A DNA stretch of 64,000 nucleotides. Source: Octopus vulgaris. Its lineage: Eukaryota. Shown here in pieces: positions 28,500-41,070 of this stretch. The stretch covers positions 58,528,001-58,592,000 of the forward strand of contig OX597818.1 in assembly GCA_951406725.2 (NCBI GenBank). Direction: 5' to 3'. Position numbers and translations under genes: made by a program. Numbering within the stretch: the stretch's first letter is position 1; each line of letters opens with the position of its first letter. The notes below the pieces were generated by a model. The model saw nothing but the letters and a program-made list of their open reading frames with translations. It ran no database searches and was not told where the DNA came from.

Positions 28500-30010
28500 G
28501 CCTTAGGTGAGATTGAACCCTGCCCAGGATGATCAATGTGGTTGTCTGCTTATGTCTCTATCCACCAGAGCACCAAGAAACCCAACAAACTATGCAAATA
28601 TTGATCACAGGAGAAGTATTTTTTTCTTTATAAAAGACACCATTCCCAAAAGAATCAGCTATTTAAGTAAGTGAAGTGAACAAATTTTGATTCCTTTGCA
28701 CGGTCTCAAGATTTATTAAACTTGCAATTATGATAAGATGCTGAAATCTGATCGTATTTTCTTTAGAAGGTATTAGAAATGCGATGAGAACCAATTTTAG
28801 GAAAGAAATACGTCTTATCTTCAGCGTAAGATCAATGATGTTGCGTTGACATCAGCAGCTGGAGACGTGTATCAGCAAGAATAACTTTGTAAACTAGACG
28901 AAAGCTATCAATCTTTTTTGATATCTGCGCCAATGATGGATGTATTGATATTATAAATGTTCAAACAGGAATTCTTCTGATTTTCGTTCAGCGGAGATCG
29001 ACAAGAATAGATTATCTTCGGAAGATGTGTTGCTGATGCTACCAACGATTTATTTATTAAATATAATACCATCCACTTATGGCGGAGGTTGAATTAGTGT
29101 TCTTAGATATATCAACTGATTCATGATTCGATGAATATCTTTGCTGCTGTAGAATCACAGAATAAAATCACAGGAAACATGCAATCGATCAGCGTTTTAG
29201 AAAGATGGGTAGTTTCACTATATCAGCAGTTAAAATTCACGTGGAAATTGAAAGTATTCTTGTTCGAAGATAGCGTCTTCAATTGATATTAGAATTTCGG
29301 ATGTTGGGTTTATATATAAAAAAAAATCACGTCCGCGAACATCGTAAGTTGTATCCAGTTTAAAGCCTTCGCTAATGGATGCCAACATTTGGTGTTATCT
29401 TTATGATACTAATGCCATTGCTATGGTTTCTTCAGAATGGAAAAAGAAACATATATAATACAAACATTTAACCTGCGAATAGTTTGTTACGTATGCCTCA
29501 AGACTGATATAAAAGGCCATTATATAAAATGGAAATGTTTGAGAAAATAGGCATGGACTTTGAATAAAAATTGAAACGAATAAAGTGTGGAGATAGCGAT
29601 ATTTCCTTTGAATATAGCTAAGTAACGTGTGTGTCTGTAATAATAGTTGTCAAGAATAGGTAAAATAGTTGTAACATATATAACTGATGGCTGTTCGTCG
29701 AAAATAGAGATAGAACAAAAACTATTGTATATACAGCATGCGAATTTCGGAAGAAGCTTCTTTAGAAATGTGGCTATTATAGTTAAGATTACTTTGGGAA
29801 TGTTCATTGAATAGATTATAAGTAAAAAAAAGAGAAGCAGGCGGATTTCCGGAATCTATTCTTTACTTTTAACATAACTACATACGTTTTACCGCTACTG
29901 CAGTGAAATGAAGGTCTAGAGCATATTCAAAGCGTCGATAGTTCGCGTTGCTAAATCTTTTATTCTGAAAGGCCTGGTGACAGAAGGACAAGATGCAACC
30001 TAACATTTCT
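28500..30010 (+). pseudogene. Decayed coding-like unique segment, possibly an endogenous negative-strand RNA virus L-polymerase relic
   Basis: About 1.5 kb without microsatellites, with ordered weak motif resemblances (see findings); many stops and frameshifts. Confidence 0.25.
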
Positions 30011-30040
30011 ATAACTACCAGTCAATTTCTTTATTAACCA

Positions 30041-30426
30041 CTAACAGTATCGCCCGGCGTTGCTCGGGTTTGTAAGGGAAATAACTATAAAGCATTTTTA
30101 GAGAGTTATAGCCAAAAAACAGCAAAAAATGCAAAAATGGAAAAAAATTATGGTAAATTTTTTTTAAATCGTTGACTTATCGTATACATTTTTAGAGAGT
30201 TACTTCCCTTTATTTAAAAAATATGCTTTAAAATGGAAAAAAATATGGTAAATTATTTTAAAAATCGTAGGCTCATCGTAGACGCGCGCTAATACCCAGA
30301 AGGGCTCGATATGAATCACGACTATAAGATACCCGCTTTTGGTTAAACTGCACCGCAAAATGTGGGAGTAGTTAGGAATCAAAATCTTAAGAGACAGACA
30401 CACAACTTCACTTTTATATATATAGA
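30041..30426 (-). mobile_element. Non-autonomous Helitron
   Basis: Minus strand starts TCtatatatataaaag and ends with hairpin cccgagcaacgccggg then TTAG (CTAG variant), inserted between A and T. Its 5' end recurs at ~14783-14818. Confidence 0.8.
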
Positions 30427-30427
30427 T

Positions 30428-31000
30428 AAGGTTGAGAAAAAGAGGGGGCGATACGAGGACAGACAAAACAAATGTTGGGGTCAGGGTATCGAATGAGACG
30501 AATCGTATGAATAAACAAACAATTAAAATATATACAATTAAATGAGAATGAGTGATTTACAAAAAAAGAATCGGAGGACGTGGTCGACCCCACAGACCAC
30601 ATACTCAGACGGAAGACTTTGCTTTCTCCTTTTTATATTCCCGTTTAAACAGGTTCTTTCCCTCGCAACATACTTGCTATAGATTTCCATCTTTTACGAA
30701 ACACAATTTCCGACAGGCATTTCTTCTCCGGCCTTATTTTCCGTTTCATGTGGAAAACGAAAAAGTCGATTAGCTCGAGACTGGAGATGAACGTGCCCGT
30801 TACAATTTCTTTCACTCTCGTCTTCCATACTACCTCTTTCGCCATAGCAACTACCGAGAGAAAACAGGCTCGCTCCTCCCTATTCAGGGAGGTCGACGGA
30901 ACGATCTTAATTAAATATTCGCTCGACAGTTGTACTCTTCTCGAATGCGACATCAGGTGTTCGACATAAGCCCAGAGCTCAATCACCTTGGGAACTACCA
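30428..31000 (-). mobile_element. L1/Tx1-type LINE 3' end (ORF2 C-terminus plus 3' UTR)
   Basis: PKVIELWAYV..AMAKEVVWKTR..VFRKRW resembles the post-zinc-knuckle C-terminus of Tx1/L1 ORF2; pyrimidine-rich 3' UTR. Confidence 0.75.
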
Positions 31001-31654
31001 GTCGGAGGCGAGCGGGTGATTTATAATTCAAATCCGAGGATAGAAGGAAATCGAAACGACCAACATTTTTGTAAATAGGTATCTTGTTCTGAACATGTGT
31101 CTAACTTTAAACAAAATCTTCCCAGTATCAATTACTGTAAGCAACATTAATTACAGTATAGCTTTTTCTTTAACTATAAGCATAGTATAAATTTTGTGTA
31201 ATTAACGGATTTAGATTTCTATATACGAGTTAAAATGGATTAATATGTTTCGCATAGGAAGTTCTTAAAAAGTTATGCGTAACTTAATTAAATTTGTTTT
31301 GTTTATTTTTCTTTAACACGCTGCACTGTGCATGATTATGTGATAATTCATAAGGTGCACCGGTGAAGAAATTAGAGCAACCATAAATACTAAAGCGTTT
31401 TCAAAGACCGATTTCAATGGGAGTTTGTTATAACTTTTCACAGGAATAAGAATGATGACATCTCCGCTGACGGAAGGCCAACAATTGTGAAATAGGTTAG
31501 GGCAATGTCTACTTTTCTGTGTGGGATCTGTGTTCTTAAGTGAAGTGCGTTAACATCAACTAATTGAAAGTTATATAGCTAAGACGTTACAGTGATGTAA
31601 ATAAATAAATGAACACATGTATATGTAGGTAGGTGTCCGTTGTATATGAATATA

Positions 31655-31700
<46 letters not shown>

Positions 31701-31790
31701 GAGATAGGTATGCATACTCAGCCGCAGATACACACGCATGGATATATACATATATATATAAGTATATATATACATGTATATATATATATG

Positions 31791-31852
<62 letters not shown>

Positions 31853-31936
31853 TATATATTAAGTGCTATTAAGTTAGACATGGCCTGGACCAATCTCTGG
31901 TCGAAACATATCTAAGTTTTATCTAGGTTTTATGTA

Positions 31937-32053
<117 letters not shown>

Positions 32054-32180
32054 ATATATGTATTACAATTGAATAATTATTCTGAAGCATTATGTAGAAA
32101 ATATTGTATAAAAGATCGTGGGTAAGGCAAAACCAATGTGAAGTAAATGCAAGGTAAATCACTAGAAAGCAAATATATGA

Positions 32181-32245
<65 letters not shown>

Positions 32246-32553
32246 GGCGCGTGGCTTCTTGGTTAGGGGCATTCGGCTCATGACTGTAAGGTCGTGAGTT
32301 GAATTCCCGGCGGGGCGTTGTGTCCTTGAGCAAGACAGTTTATTTCACATTGCTCTAGTCCACTCAACTGGCAAAAATGAGTAGTACCTGTATTTGAAAG
32401 GGGACAGTCTTCTCCTACATTTTGTCACGCTGAATATCCCTGGAACTACTTTAAGGGTACACGTGTTTGTGAAGTGCTCAGCCACTTATACGTTAATTTG
32501 ACGAGCAAGCTGTTCCGTTGATCGCATTGCGTCGTCGCAACCGAAGGAGTGTT

Positions 32554-32555
<2 letters not shown>
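32246..32555 (+). mobile_element. tRNA-derived SINE sharing the family A 3' tail but with a different head and central domain
   Basis: Head ggcgcgtggct..gagttgaattccc, central tgtgtccttgagcaagaca, tail gtacctgtattt..aagggtacacgtg..ctgttccgttgatc as at ~59048-59230. Confidence 0.8.
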
Positions 32556-32613
<58 letters not shown>

Positions 32614-32879
32614 AAAGGGATGACCTGTAGGTGGACATCCATTATGCTAGAAGAAGATCCGATATGGAATGTCCTCAACATAATTTGGCAAACGTCAGAA
32701 CGTAAGCGAGCAAGATAAATGTGAAATGATTCAAAATATAGATTAATCACAAACCAGATTTCGTTGTCAATGCTTACGTAATCATTTACGTAATCTTCAG
32801 CAAAATCGTCAGTGTGATCGTCTTGCAACTATAATATGCAGAACTGTACACGAGACGGCCGCATGAAATTGAACATGTA

Positions 32880-33410
32880 CACAGTTCTATCAACTACAAT
32901 TGGAGTCACTTTTCAAAAGCCTTCGTTTTGGCGCGCCGAGAAACTCATCTCTTTACTTCTGTTCACATTTACTCGATGATACTTATGTCAGGGCTCTGAG
33001 CTTTTCCAAACTTTCAATACGATAACACCTTCACCATACAGACTTTGTTGTGTTGTACGTGATACGTGGCATGATACTCTGTCTTGCTGAAAAATCTCCC
33101 CTACGTCCATGTCTGGTAACAAATTGTCTTTCAGCAACTAAATGTATTTGGCACTATACAAGGTACCGTCGATCTTAACCAAATTTCTTGAACCATCTCA
33201 TTTTTTTGTATCCCTAAAGCATTAAATTCTTCCCACAAACGTCACTGTTTCCGTCGTGTAACGCGGGTCGGTTTGCATTCCTGGAGGCCTTCTAACAAAA
33301 TTCTTGTTTATTAGAAAGCGAATCGACCCGCATTACACGACTAAAGTAGTGACGTTTGGAGGTAAGAGCTCGAAACTATGGGGATAATTAAACATTGATG
33401 GTGCAAGAAT
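32880..33410 (-). pseudogene. Tc1-like transposase relic with internal foldback
   Basis: Minus strand FQQDRVSCH and QSPDISIIE. The plus-strand inverted arm reads VTFGGKSSKLWG (cf. VKFGGGSVMVWG). Arms ~33186-33275 / 33317-33409. Confidence 0.7.
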
Positions 33411-33589
33411 TTTTCCTTTTAATTGACGATAACTTTAATATCCCTTTCTGCTATAGGCACAACGCCTGGAATTTTATGGGGGAGACTAGTCGGATACATC
33501 GACCCAGTGTTTCACTGGCACTTAATTTATCGACCCCGGAAGGGTAAAAGACACAGTCGACTGAAATATCATTGCACAGATGTGAACAG

Positions 33590-34192
33590 ACCTAAAGAGA
33601 AGAGTTCGTCAGAAGAATCCGCGAAATTGTGAAGAGTTGTGCGAGCTCAGCCACAGAAAATGACTTTTCATTCTGCGAAAAGGGTGAAGGATTTGTGCGC
33701 ATCTCTTCCCTGGGGCATCGAAGCAATTATTGTTGTGGGGTGTGGGTGCTGGGAAGTGGTCAGTGCTAGTCTGTGCGGAGTGGTGTGTGGTAGTGTGATG
33801 TAGTGTGCTGTAGCGGTGTGGGGTTTGTGGTTTGGGAGGTGTAGTCTTTGTGTTATGTGCGGTGTAGAGATGTGGAATGGGGATGTGGTGGTATGGTGGG
33901 GGGAAGTGGATGCGGGCTGGGGATGTGGGGTTGTGCAGTGGAGCTGTGTGTGTAGAGGTGGGGTATGTAGGAGTTGGTGTGGGTTTGGGGTGTGGGTGGA
34001 TGGGTATCAATGAAGAGAGAATGTGGGTAGAAACGAAGAGAGGAAGCAGGTGTCAGAGCAAGCGGAAAGGAGAGGTGGATAGGCGTGACGAGAAGAAATA
34101 GGTGTCAGATAAAGTGAGGAGGGGAGTTGAGCCCAGGTGTTGCAGAGGAGCGAAGAGAGAAGATTAATACCTGTTCACGGCAAAGGCGGGAA
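33590..34192 (-). mobile_element. Neptune-like PLE 3' end with a C/A-rich 3' region
   Basis: 34126-34188 reads RLCREQVLIFSLRSSATPGLN, the RxxxEQxxIFxLxxxxPxGLN GIY-YIG C-terminus. It is followed by a degenerate CCACA-rich tract and a CTGACGA half-motif at ~33606-33612. Confidence 0.7.
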
Positions 34193-35239
34193 TACATATA
34201 CACAAACATACATACATGTATAGATACGTAAGTAATATTATTAGGTTATTGCTCGACAAAGACAAAATTTATGCAGTAAAAGAAGTAACCGAGTGCAATT
34301 TTAGAGTTTCGGATATCGCCGTTTATCAGATGCAAACAGACAATTCTAAGGAAGCGAGGAAAAGAAGAAAGGGAATGAATAGGAACTGGTAGTAAAGATA
34401 GGAAAGAGGCAAGAAAATGCGGAAGAGGTCGAGTGACAGGCATTATCTCTGAGTAAACGTAAATGTAAATGAGAGCTAATTATTCTTTTAATGGTAAGAG
34501 AATGCGGCATATTTTATTCTGTTCTCTTATTTAAATCCCCTGTCTGGTAAATTATCTGTTTATATCTTGGGTTTATATTAAAAGAGATCCTCTTTTGTTC
34601 AACCCCTGTGCTTAGAACGATGAAATATGAATCATCCTAATTAGTTTCACCATTCATCGTACGCGGATCATGCATCGTCGTTTATATCTCCTTAGCTTCC
34701 GAACAGAAACAGCAGAAGCAGATGTAGCATATTTATACAAGATTATTGCGCTGATAAGAAAATTTATATAATATTTCATGGTTGATGACGACGCATTAAT
34801 AACCACAATGCATGCACAGTGTCGATAATGAAACTGTTTCACAATGCCATGAATGTTTTGTATGTATATTAATTTCATCTCTGGCAGCGGAATATTACTC
34901 ACTCGAAATACATAAGTTACTTTAACACCGAGTATAATCTAGTGGACTTACCATACCCGTACTATAGTACGATGTAAGGTGTCCTTCATAAAACTTAGAA
35001 TTTAAGAGCTAACACACAAAAACATTCGGAAAATCAATATAAAGAAAAGCATTCAAAGTCACCTAAGAGTTGTACGAAGATCTTGTACTTCCATGTAACT
35101 AACTAGAAAAGAAAAGTATTCTGTGATGAAGAAAGTTGGTATATGGAATCTCAACTACAGTAACTGATTAAAATAATTGTTCAGTTAATGCATATACATC
35201 AATAAAATAATGTCATATAGATTACGGGAATATATATGC

Positions 35240-35770
35240 AGTCGCAGGAGTCGCTGTGTGGTAAAAAAAAAAAGAAAATATGTTTTCGAGGAAAATCCAA
35301 TCGGCGGTTGTTGGGTTTCGTCTCTCACTTATTCATTGTATTTCATTTTCATTCATTAAAGTGATTGTTCAGCCCGCAAAGATACACACTCTTTGTACTG
35401 TCTCTTTGAAAAATTTATGAACTAAAGTAGCTTGCTTACCAACCACATGGTTTCGAGTTCAGTCCCACTGTCTTCTACTATAGCCTCCGGCCCACCAATA
35501 CCTTGTTAGTGGATCTGGTACATGGAAACTGAAAGACGTCTGTCGTATATACGTATAAATATATATGTATGTGTGTGTCTATGGTTGTGTGTCTGTGTAA
35601 GTTCCCCAACATCGCTTGACAACCGTTGCTGGAATGTTTAGATCCCATAACTTAGCGGTTCGGCAACAAAACCGATAGAGTAAGTAATAGGCTTACAAAA
35701 AATAAGTCCCGGGGTCGATTAGCTCGACTAAAGGCCGCAGTCAAATGACAGAAAAAAACTAAAAGGAAGA
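35240..35770 (+). mobile_element. SINE family B interrupted by a ~160-bp insert
   Basis: Head gcaggagtcgctgtgtggtaa at ~35243 resumes as aagtagcttgcttaccaacc at ~35425. Confidence 0.8.
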
Positions 35771-35806
35771 GTTCATTGCAAATTATTTAGTTGGATCAAT
35801 CTATGT

Positions 35807-35843
<37 letters not shown>

Positions 35844-35850
35844 TATAAAT

Positions 35851-35993
35851 AGGCGCAGGAGTGGGTGTGTAGTAAGTAGTTTGCTTACCAACCACTTGGT
35901 TCCGTGTTCAGTCCCACGGTGTGTCACTTTGGATAAATGTCTTCCACTATAGCCTCGGGCCGACAAAGCCTTGTCAGTAGATTTGGTAGACAG
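35851..35993 (+). mobile_element. SINE family B, 5' half
   Basis: aggcgcaggagtgggtgtgtagtaagtagtttgcttaccaacc...gatttggtagac. Confidence 0.9.
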
Positions 35994-36001
35994 TATATAT
36001 A

Positions 36002-36058
<57 letters not shown>

Positions 36059-36069
36059 CGCAGGAGTGG

Positions 36070-37495
36070 GTGTGTATAAGAATAATTGTAGTTTCACACA
36101 ATTCGACATTATTGACTTTTACCCGTCAATATCTAGGACGTTGCTCCTAAGGGCATTGGACTTCGCCAAGCAGTATGTCAACATCGATAGCTCGGAAATT
36201 GATATTATTATTATGCATGCGAGGAAATCGCTTCTTTTTTTCGAGGATTCCACCTGGATTAAGAAGACTGAGGATTCTTTTTTCGATGTACCGATGGGGG
36301 CATACGACGGGGCTGAGTTATGTATGCTCATAGGAGCCTTTATTCTCCATAATCTAAAAATAGAATTCCCATTTATAGATGCAGGTTTATATAGGGATGA
36401 CGGCCTTATAGCCACGCATAATCTAAACGGCCATGAATCAGATAGACTTAGGAAGGACCTCATAGCTTTCTTTCAAAGGATGGGCTTACGGGTTACGATA
36501 GATGCTAACCTGAATAGTGTAGATTTTTTAGACGTAAATTTTAATGGAAGATCGGATAGATTTAAACCTTTCCGTAAGCCCAATGAAAAGCTATCGTATA
36601 TTAGCAAAGATTCGAACCATCCACCAGTTATCCTTAGCAACTTAGTCAGCAATGTAGGTAGAAGAATATCTTCAATTTCTTCGGACGAGGCAGCATTCCA
36701 TAATGCTGCACCTTATTACTATAGCGCATTAAAGAATAGTGGATTCTCTGAGAAGATCCAGTTCAACCAGCCTAATGCTGATAATAATGCTGCACGAAGA
36801 ACTAGGACCAGGAAAGTTTTGTGGTTCAACCCGGCTTTCAATTTGGCCGTAAAGACTAATATAGGTAAGGAATTTTTGAGATTAGTCTCTAAGCATTTTA
36901 AGCAGGGTCATAAATTCTATAGGATATTTAATAGAAGAACCCTGAAGGTTAGCTATTCTTGTTGCAGAAATTTCGCCTCTTACATTAGCCAGCATAATAG
37001 GAAGCTAATTGAGATTAGACATGGTGCCGAGCCCATTAAGAAATGCAATTTCAGAAACGAAAGCTCCTGTCCGTTAGAAGGGAAATGTCTAGTGAAAGGA
37101 GTAGTTTACAGAGCCAAGGTGCAAGTGGAAGGCTCATCGGAATACAAGACATACACAGGGGCTTCAGAAAATTATTTAAAACAAGATTTTATTCTCATAA
37201 AAATTCATTTAAATACCCAGAGAATAGGAAGAGGACCAGCCTAGCAAAATATGTCTGGGAACTAAAAGAAAAGGAAGCCCCACCTTTCAACGTGACATGG
37301 AGCATTCTGGACAGGGCGGCACCATACAGGCATGGAGCATACAAAAATAATTTCAAGTGCAAACTTTGTCTATTAGAGAAAATGTACATCTTATTCAAAG
37401 ACAATAATTCTTTGAATCAAAGAAGTGAGCTAATGAACTTATGTAGGCACGCGGCTAAATTTAAAATGTCGAATATAAATATACCATATCGATAG
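36070..37495 (+). mobile_element. Penelope/Poseidon retroelement ORF (reverse transcriptase + GIY-YIG endonuclease), 5'-truncated, one frameshift near 37175
   Basis: RT motifs FDIIDFYPSI, DVPMGAYDGAELC, GLYRDDG, VDFLDV and SNHPP; linker WFNPAF..TNIGKEF; CPLEGKCL; VVYRAKV..YTG; KTRFYSH; CKLCLLEK; LNQRSE. The N-terminus of ORF 35937 is SINE and (TA)n read-through. Confidence 0.95.
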
Positions 37496-38451
37496 AGTAT
37501 ATATTTTGTATTTTTGATTTTTGAAATTTTGATTTTGACTCTTGAACGATGAGCGCTACGATGGATTTTGTTTCCAAGCTATGCGGATCTTAATCCGTAT
37601 AGCAAAGTCTTATGTTTCTACATATACATTAGGAAAAACCTTCGACTTTGTTTTCATGTTATTGTATTGTATAGGATTACCTTGATTATTTATATTACCT
37701 TGATTATTTATAAATGATCCAAAATAGGGTTTTTATTTTATTTTATATGTCATTCGTATATATTTTTATTAATGCACCCATTTTTTAAAAAAAAAGCCAT
37801 GTCTTTTTAAAAAAAGCAATGTTGTCAAAATTAGAATGTTGATATAAGTATGTGCATAGCCAAGGATATGTATTTGTAAGCATGCGTATCTGTGTATGTG
37901 TAAGTGAGAGTATGTTTGTGCTTAAGCACACATATACACGACTGTATGTATATGTATCCATTCGAACTTGTGTTTGTATACTTGTCTCCATATATGCCAA
38001 TAATGCCGTTACACAGCTTGTATACATTTTTTTCTTATTTCGTTTTTTTCCCCACCCCCCTTCGTTCCTTTTTCTCTCTCTTCCTTTCTTTCGTCCCCCC
38101 TTACTCAGTATATGAGAATCGCTACATAGATGATTTTTAACTTGCGTGCGAGATGGTTTGCGTGAATATATGTACACATGCATTTATGTGTATATTTAGA
38201 TTTATATTCATACGTCTGTATATGTATGGCGTTTGCGCGCATCCTTTTGTGTATGTTGATATATATATGTACATCTTAATATAAATATGTATTGCAGTGT
38301 AATATTTATAACAGGTTTAATTGCATTAATTTATACTTTCTTCATTAACGTCAATATGTATTTTATCCAATGTAAGGTTTTTTTCTCGGATTTTATATTT
38401 TTATAAGTTTTTTTATATATATATACATATATTTTTGACCTTTTTGTTTAT

Positions 38452-38521
38452 CGCTCGAAGATTGACCGTTTTTTTCTAAAGGGCCAATCAAACAAGTCCA
38501 TTTCTTTTTAAAGGTGTAGCG
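38452..38521 (+). ncRNA. Degenerate hammerhead motif downstream of the Penelope ORF
   Basis: cgc-TCGAAGA-ttgacc...ggccaat-CAAAC-a...t-GTA-gcg; core mutated. Confidence 0.4.
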
Positions 38522-38571
38522 TTTGTAAGAGTCTAGATTGAATTGATATATCAGTTCCATTCTAGCAAAAA

Positions 38572-38609
38572 CTGTCTGATGAACGGCAACGAGAAACTCT
38601 TAGTAACAG
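38572..38609 (+). ncRNA. Minimal type I hammerhead ribozyme with canonical core
   Basis: ctgt-CTGATGA-a-cg-gcaa-cg-a-GAAAC-tctta-GTA-acag; very short stem II with a GNRA loop. Confidence 0.7.
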
Positions 38610-38679
38610 ATTTTGTTGAATTTTCTGCTGCTTAAAATAAAGTATATATATATATATATATATATATACGATATATATA

Positions 38680-38723
<44 letters not shown>

Positions 38724-39380
38724 GCATGTGTAAATGTGTCTGTATGTGTATGTGTGATTACGTGCGTGTCTTGTGTGCATGAAGTTGGTGTTTGTCAGAA
38801 ACGTTTAAGACTATGTGCTTGTTCGTTTACATCCCCCGTAAGTCAAAACTTTGGGAAAATATTGAGAAAATAAGTTTCAGACATAGAAATATGTACTGAG
38901 ATCAACTTTTCCGAGAACATCGTTCAAGACATTGCCCCAACATGGCCGCAATCCAACGGCAGAAACACGCAAAAGCTCAAAGAATACATAATATAATCTT
39001 CCTACGTAAGTACTCGACTAGTAGTGTGACATGAAAATGTATTAATAAACAAATATCGATCATTCTTATGTCTTCTCATACACTGCTTCCATTCCTATAT
39101 ACAAGATATTGTTGATATTTCGTTCTTGGCATTCTCGTTATTTCAGTACATCAGTGGATTTGAAGATGAAAAGAAAACGGCAGCACACAGGATTTTGTTT
39201 GAATTGCCGCTGACGAAGACAACATGTGAAATAGATTTACATGAGCATCTGCCTGTTTGGCACCAATTTGTCTGGAAGGGGATTGCATTATATATTTATC
39301 TATTGTACTCAATGACTTTACGTTGTTTCAAGTGACACTTCACTATACACAGAAACATTCACATAATTACAAATATGAAT

Positions 39381-39461
<81 letters not shown>

Positions 39462-40548
39462 GCAGGCATAGGAATGTATGTGTGTGTGTGTGTGTATTGA
39501 TATTTGTTAAAGATAATCAAAGATACCTAACATCAAATCGCAAAATCCAATACGAAAATTTATATCTGAAAACAGATTACATTAAACGAAATTATATCAG
39601 AGAAATATTCAGCTTGGATGTGTTTCGATTTTAGAGCATCGTTCTAAGAAAATCGTTTATATATGTCTCCTGGCAATGTTAACATGAAAGGTTTCCTTTT
39701 GGCAAGTTGGCTGCCAAGTAGTATTTGTAGGGGGGGGGGGTAAATTTAATGAAGGAACTCCATCGATATTTAGAAAATGAATATAAAATGGCGGACTATC
39801 AATCTCTGGGATAAAGCATTTTCGCCCGTTCACAGGGATTTACAGATACCTCGTTATAGATTTATCAACCAAACCAACCTGGTTTTATTTTCCCTATTTC
39901 GGTGCGTTTAAGTATAAGAGCCCCTCTTTAAATTTATCTAAACAACTGTTTACATAGTTTTAAAGATTTGCAAGACGTTGGCTGGTGTCGAAAGACGTGA
40001 TTAACAATGTTATTCGAAGGTCAAGGTTAAGTAGTTACTAGAGCAGAAGACATTTTAAAATAGGGGGATTGAAGTGTGTCTCATTAGTATTCACGGCAAA
40101 AGCCAACGAAGTCCAATAGCTATTTTATAGGGATCTGAGATAAATTAGTTTCGTTTATTCAAATAATATTTACATTAAAACAATGAATATTTTTCACGTA
40201 GTAACGAATGGGTTGTATTATCTCTATTCGTCTTCGGCGATTGTTTATCGTTATTGATATTTAATTGATTTTGATCTTGTTTGTGATATACAAGGTGATG
40301 CAGTGTCAAGTAGGAGCAAACGAACGACTTCATCTGACAATCTAACAGATATGCGACACAGACAAGAAAAACGAAAAGGGAGAGGTGTCATTATTTTCTT
40401 TGAGATTTCATCTCTTATTTTTATTTCTTTAACTCAGACATTTAAACAACCCAAAGTCAATAGAATTGAAATGTAATTATAGTTCATAGATATTAAGGAA
40501 TAAGACAGTAATGGTATGATCTTCACACACTCATGACTGAGAGTCAAA

Positions 40549-40584
<36 letters not shown>

Positions 40585-40585
<1 letters not shown>

Positions 40586-40810
40586 TATTGGGGAAGCGTT
40601 TGCTCAAACTGCTAGCACTGCCTGTCTGTGTATGTTGAGCAGAAGAATTGGAGACCGGTTTGTCGACATTATGCCACCAATGCATATCGTGGAGTCCTCC
40701 AGCCTGGTTTATCTGATCAAATCGTTGATCCTCAGTAAAGCGTCGATGTCCTGCCGCACTCTGGGCAGTATGATATTGGCCAGCCATAAACAGATGTAGG
40801 AGTATCTTAC
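40585..40810 (-). mobile_element. Possible LINE RT fragment
   Basis: Minus frame ANIILPRVRQDIDALLRIN resembles the region preceding QxGFR in LINE RTs; short and disrupted. Confidence 0.3.
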
Positions 40811-40983
40811 AAAGCATTTATAAATGAAAATTATTCGAGATAATTAGATTATTATTATGGCTTACTTCGTATTTTCTTAATTTAATTATATATTTAATCA
40901 TTTATTAAATAGTTTCCTTAAACAATGTAAAAAATGTATAATAGATAACTGAAATAAATGTAATAATATATAATATACGGTGT

Positions 40984-41070
<87 letters not shown>

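Noticed and set aside
33609-34010. Pro/His/Thr-rich 133-aa ORF and G-rich tract
   Set aside because: Low-complexity region downstream of a Neptune-like PLE ORF end, not a credible gene.
39780-39930. aaaatggcgg (YY1-like) and TATA-like motifs
   Set aside because: Short motifs expected by chance, with no downstream exon evidence.
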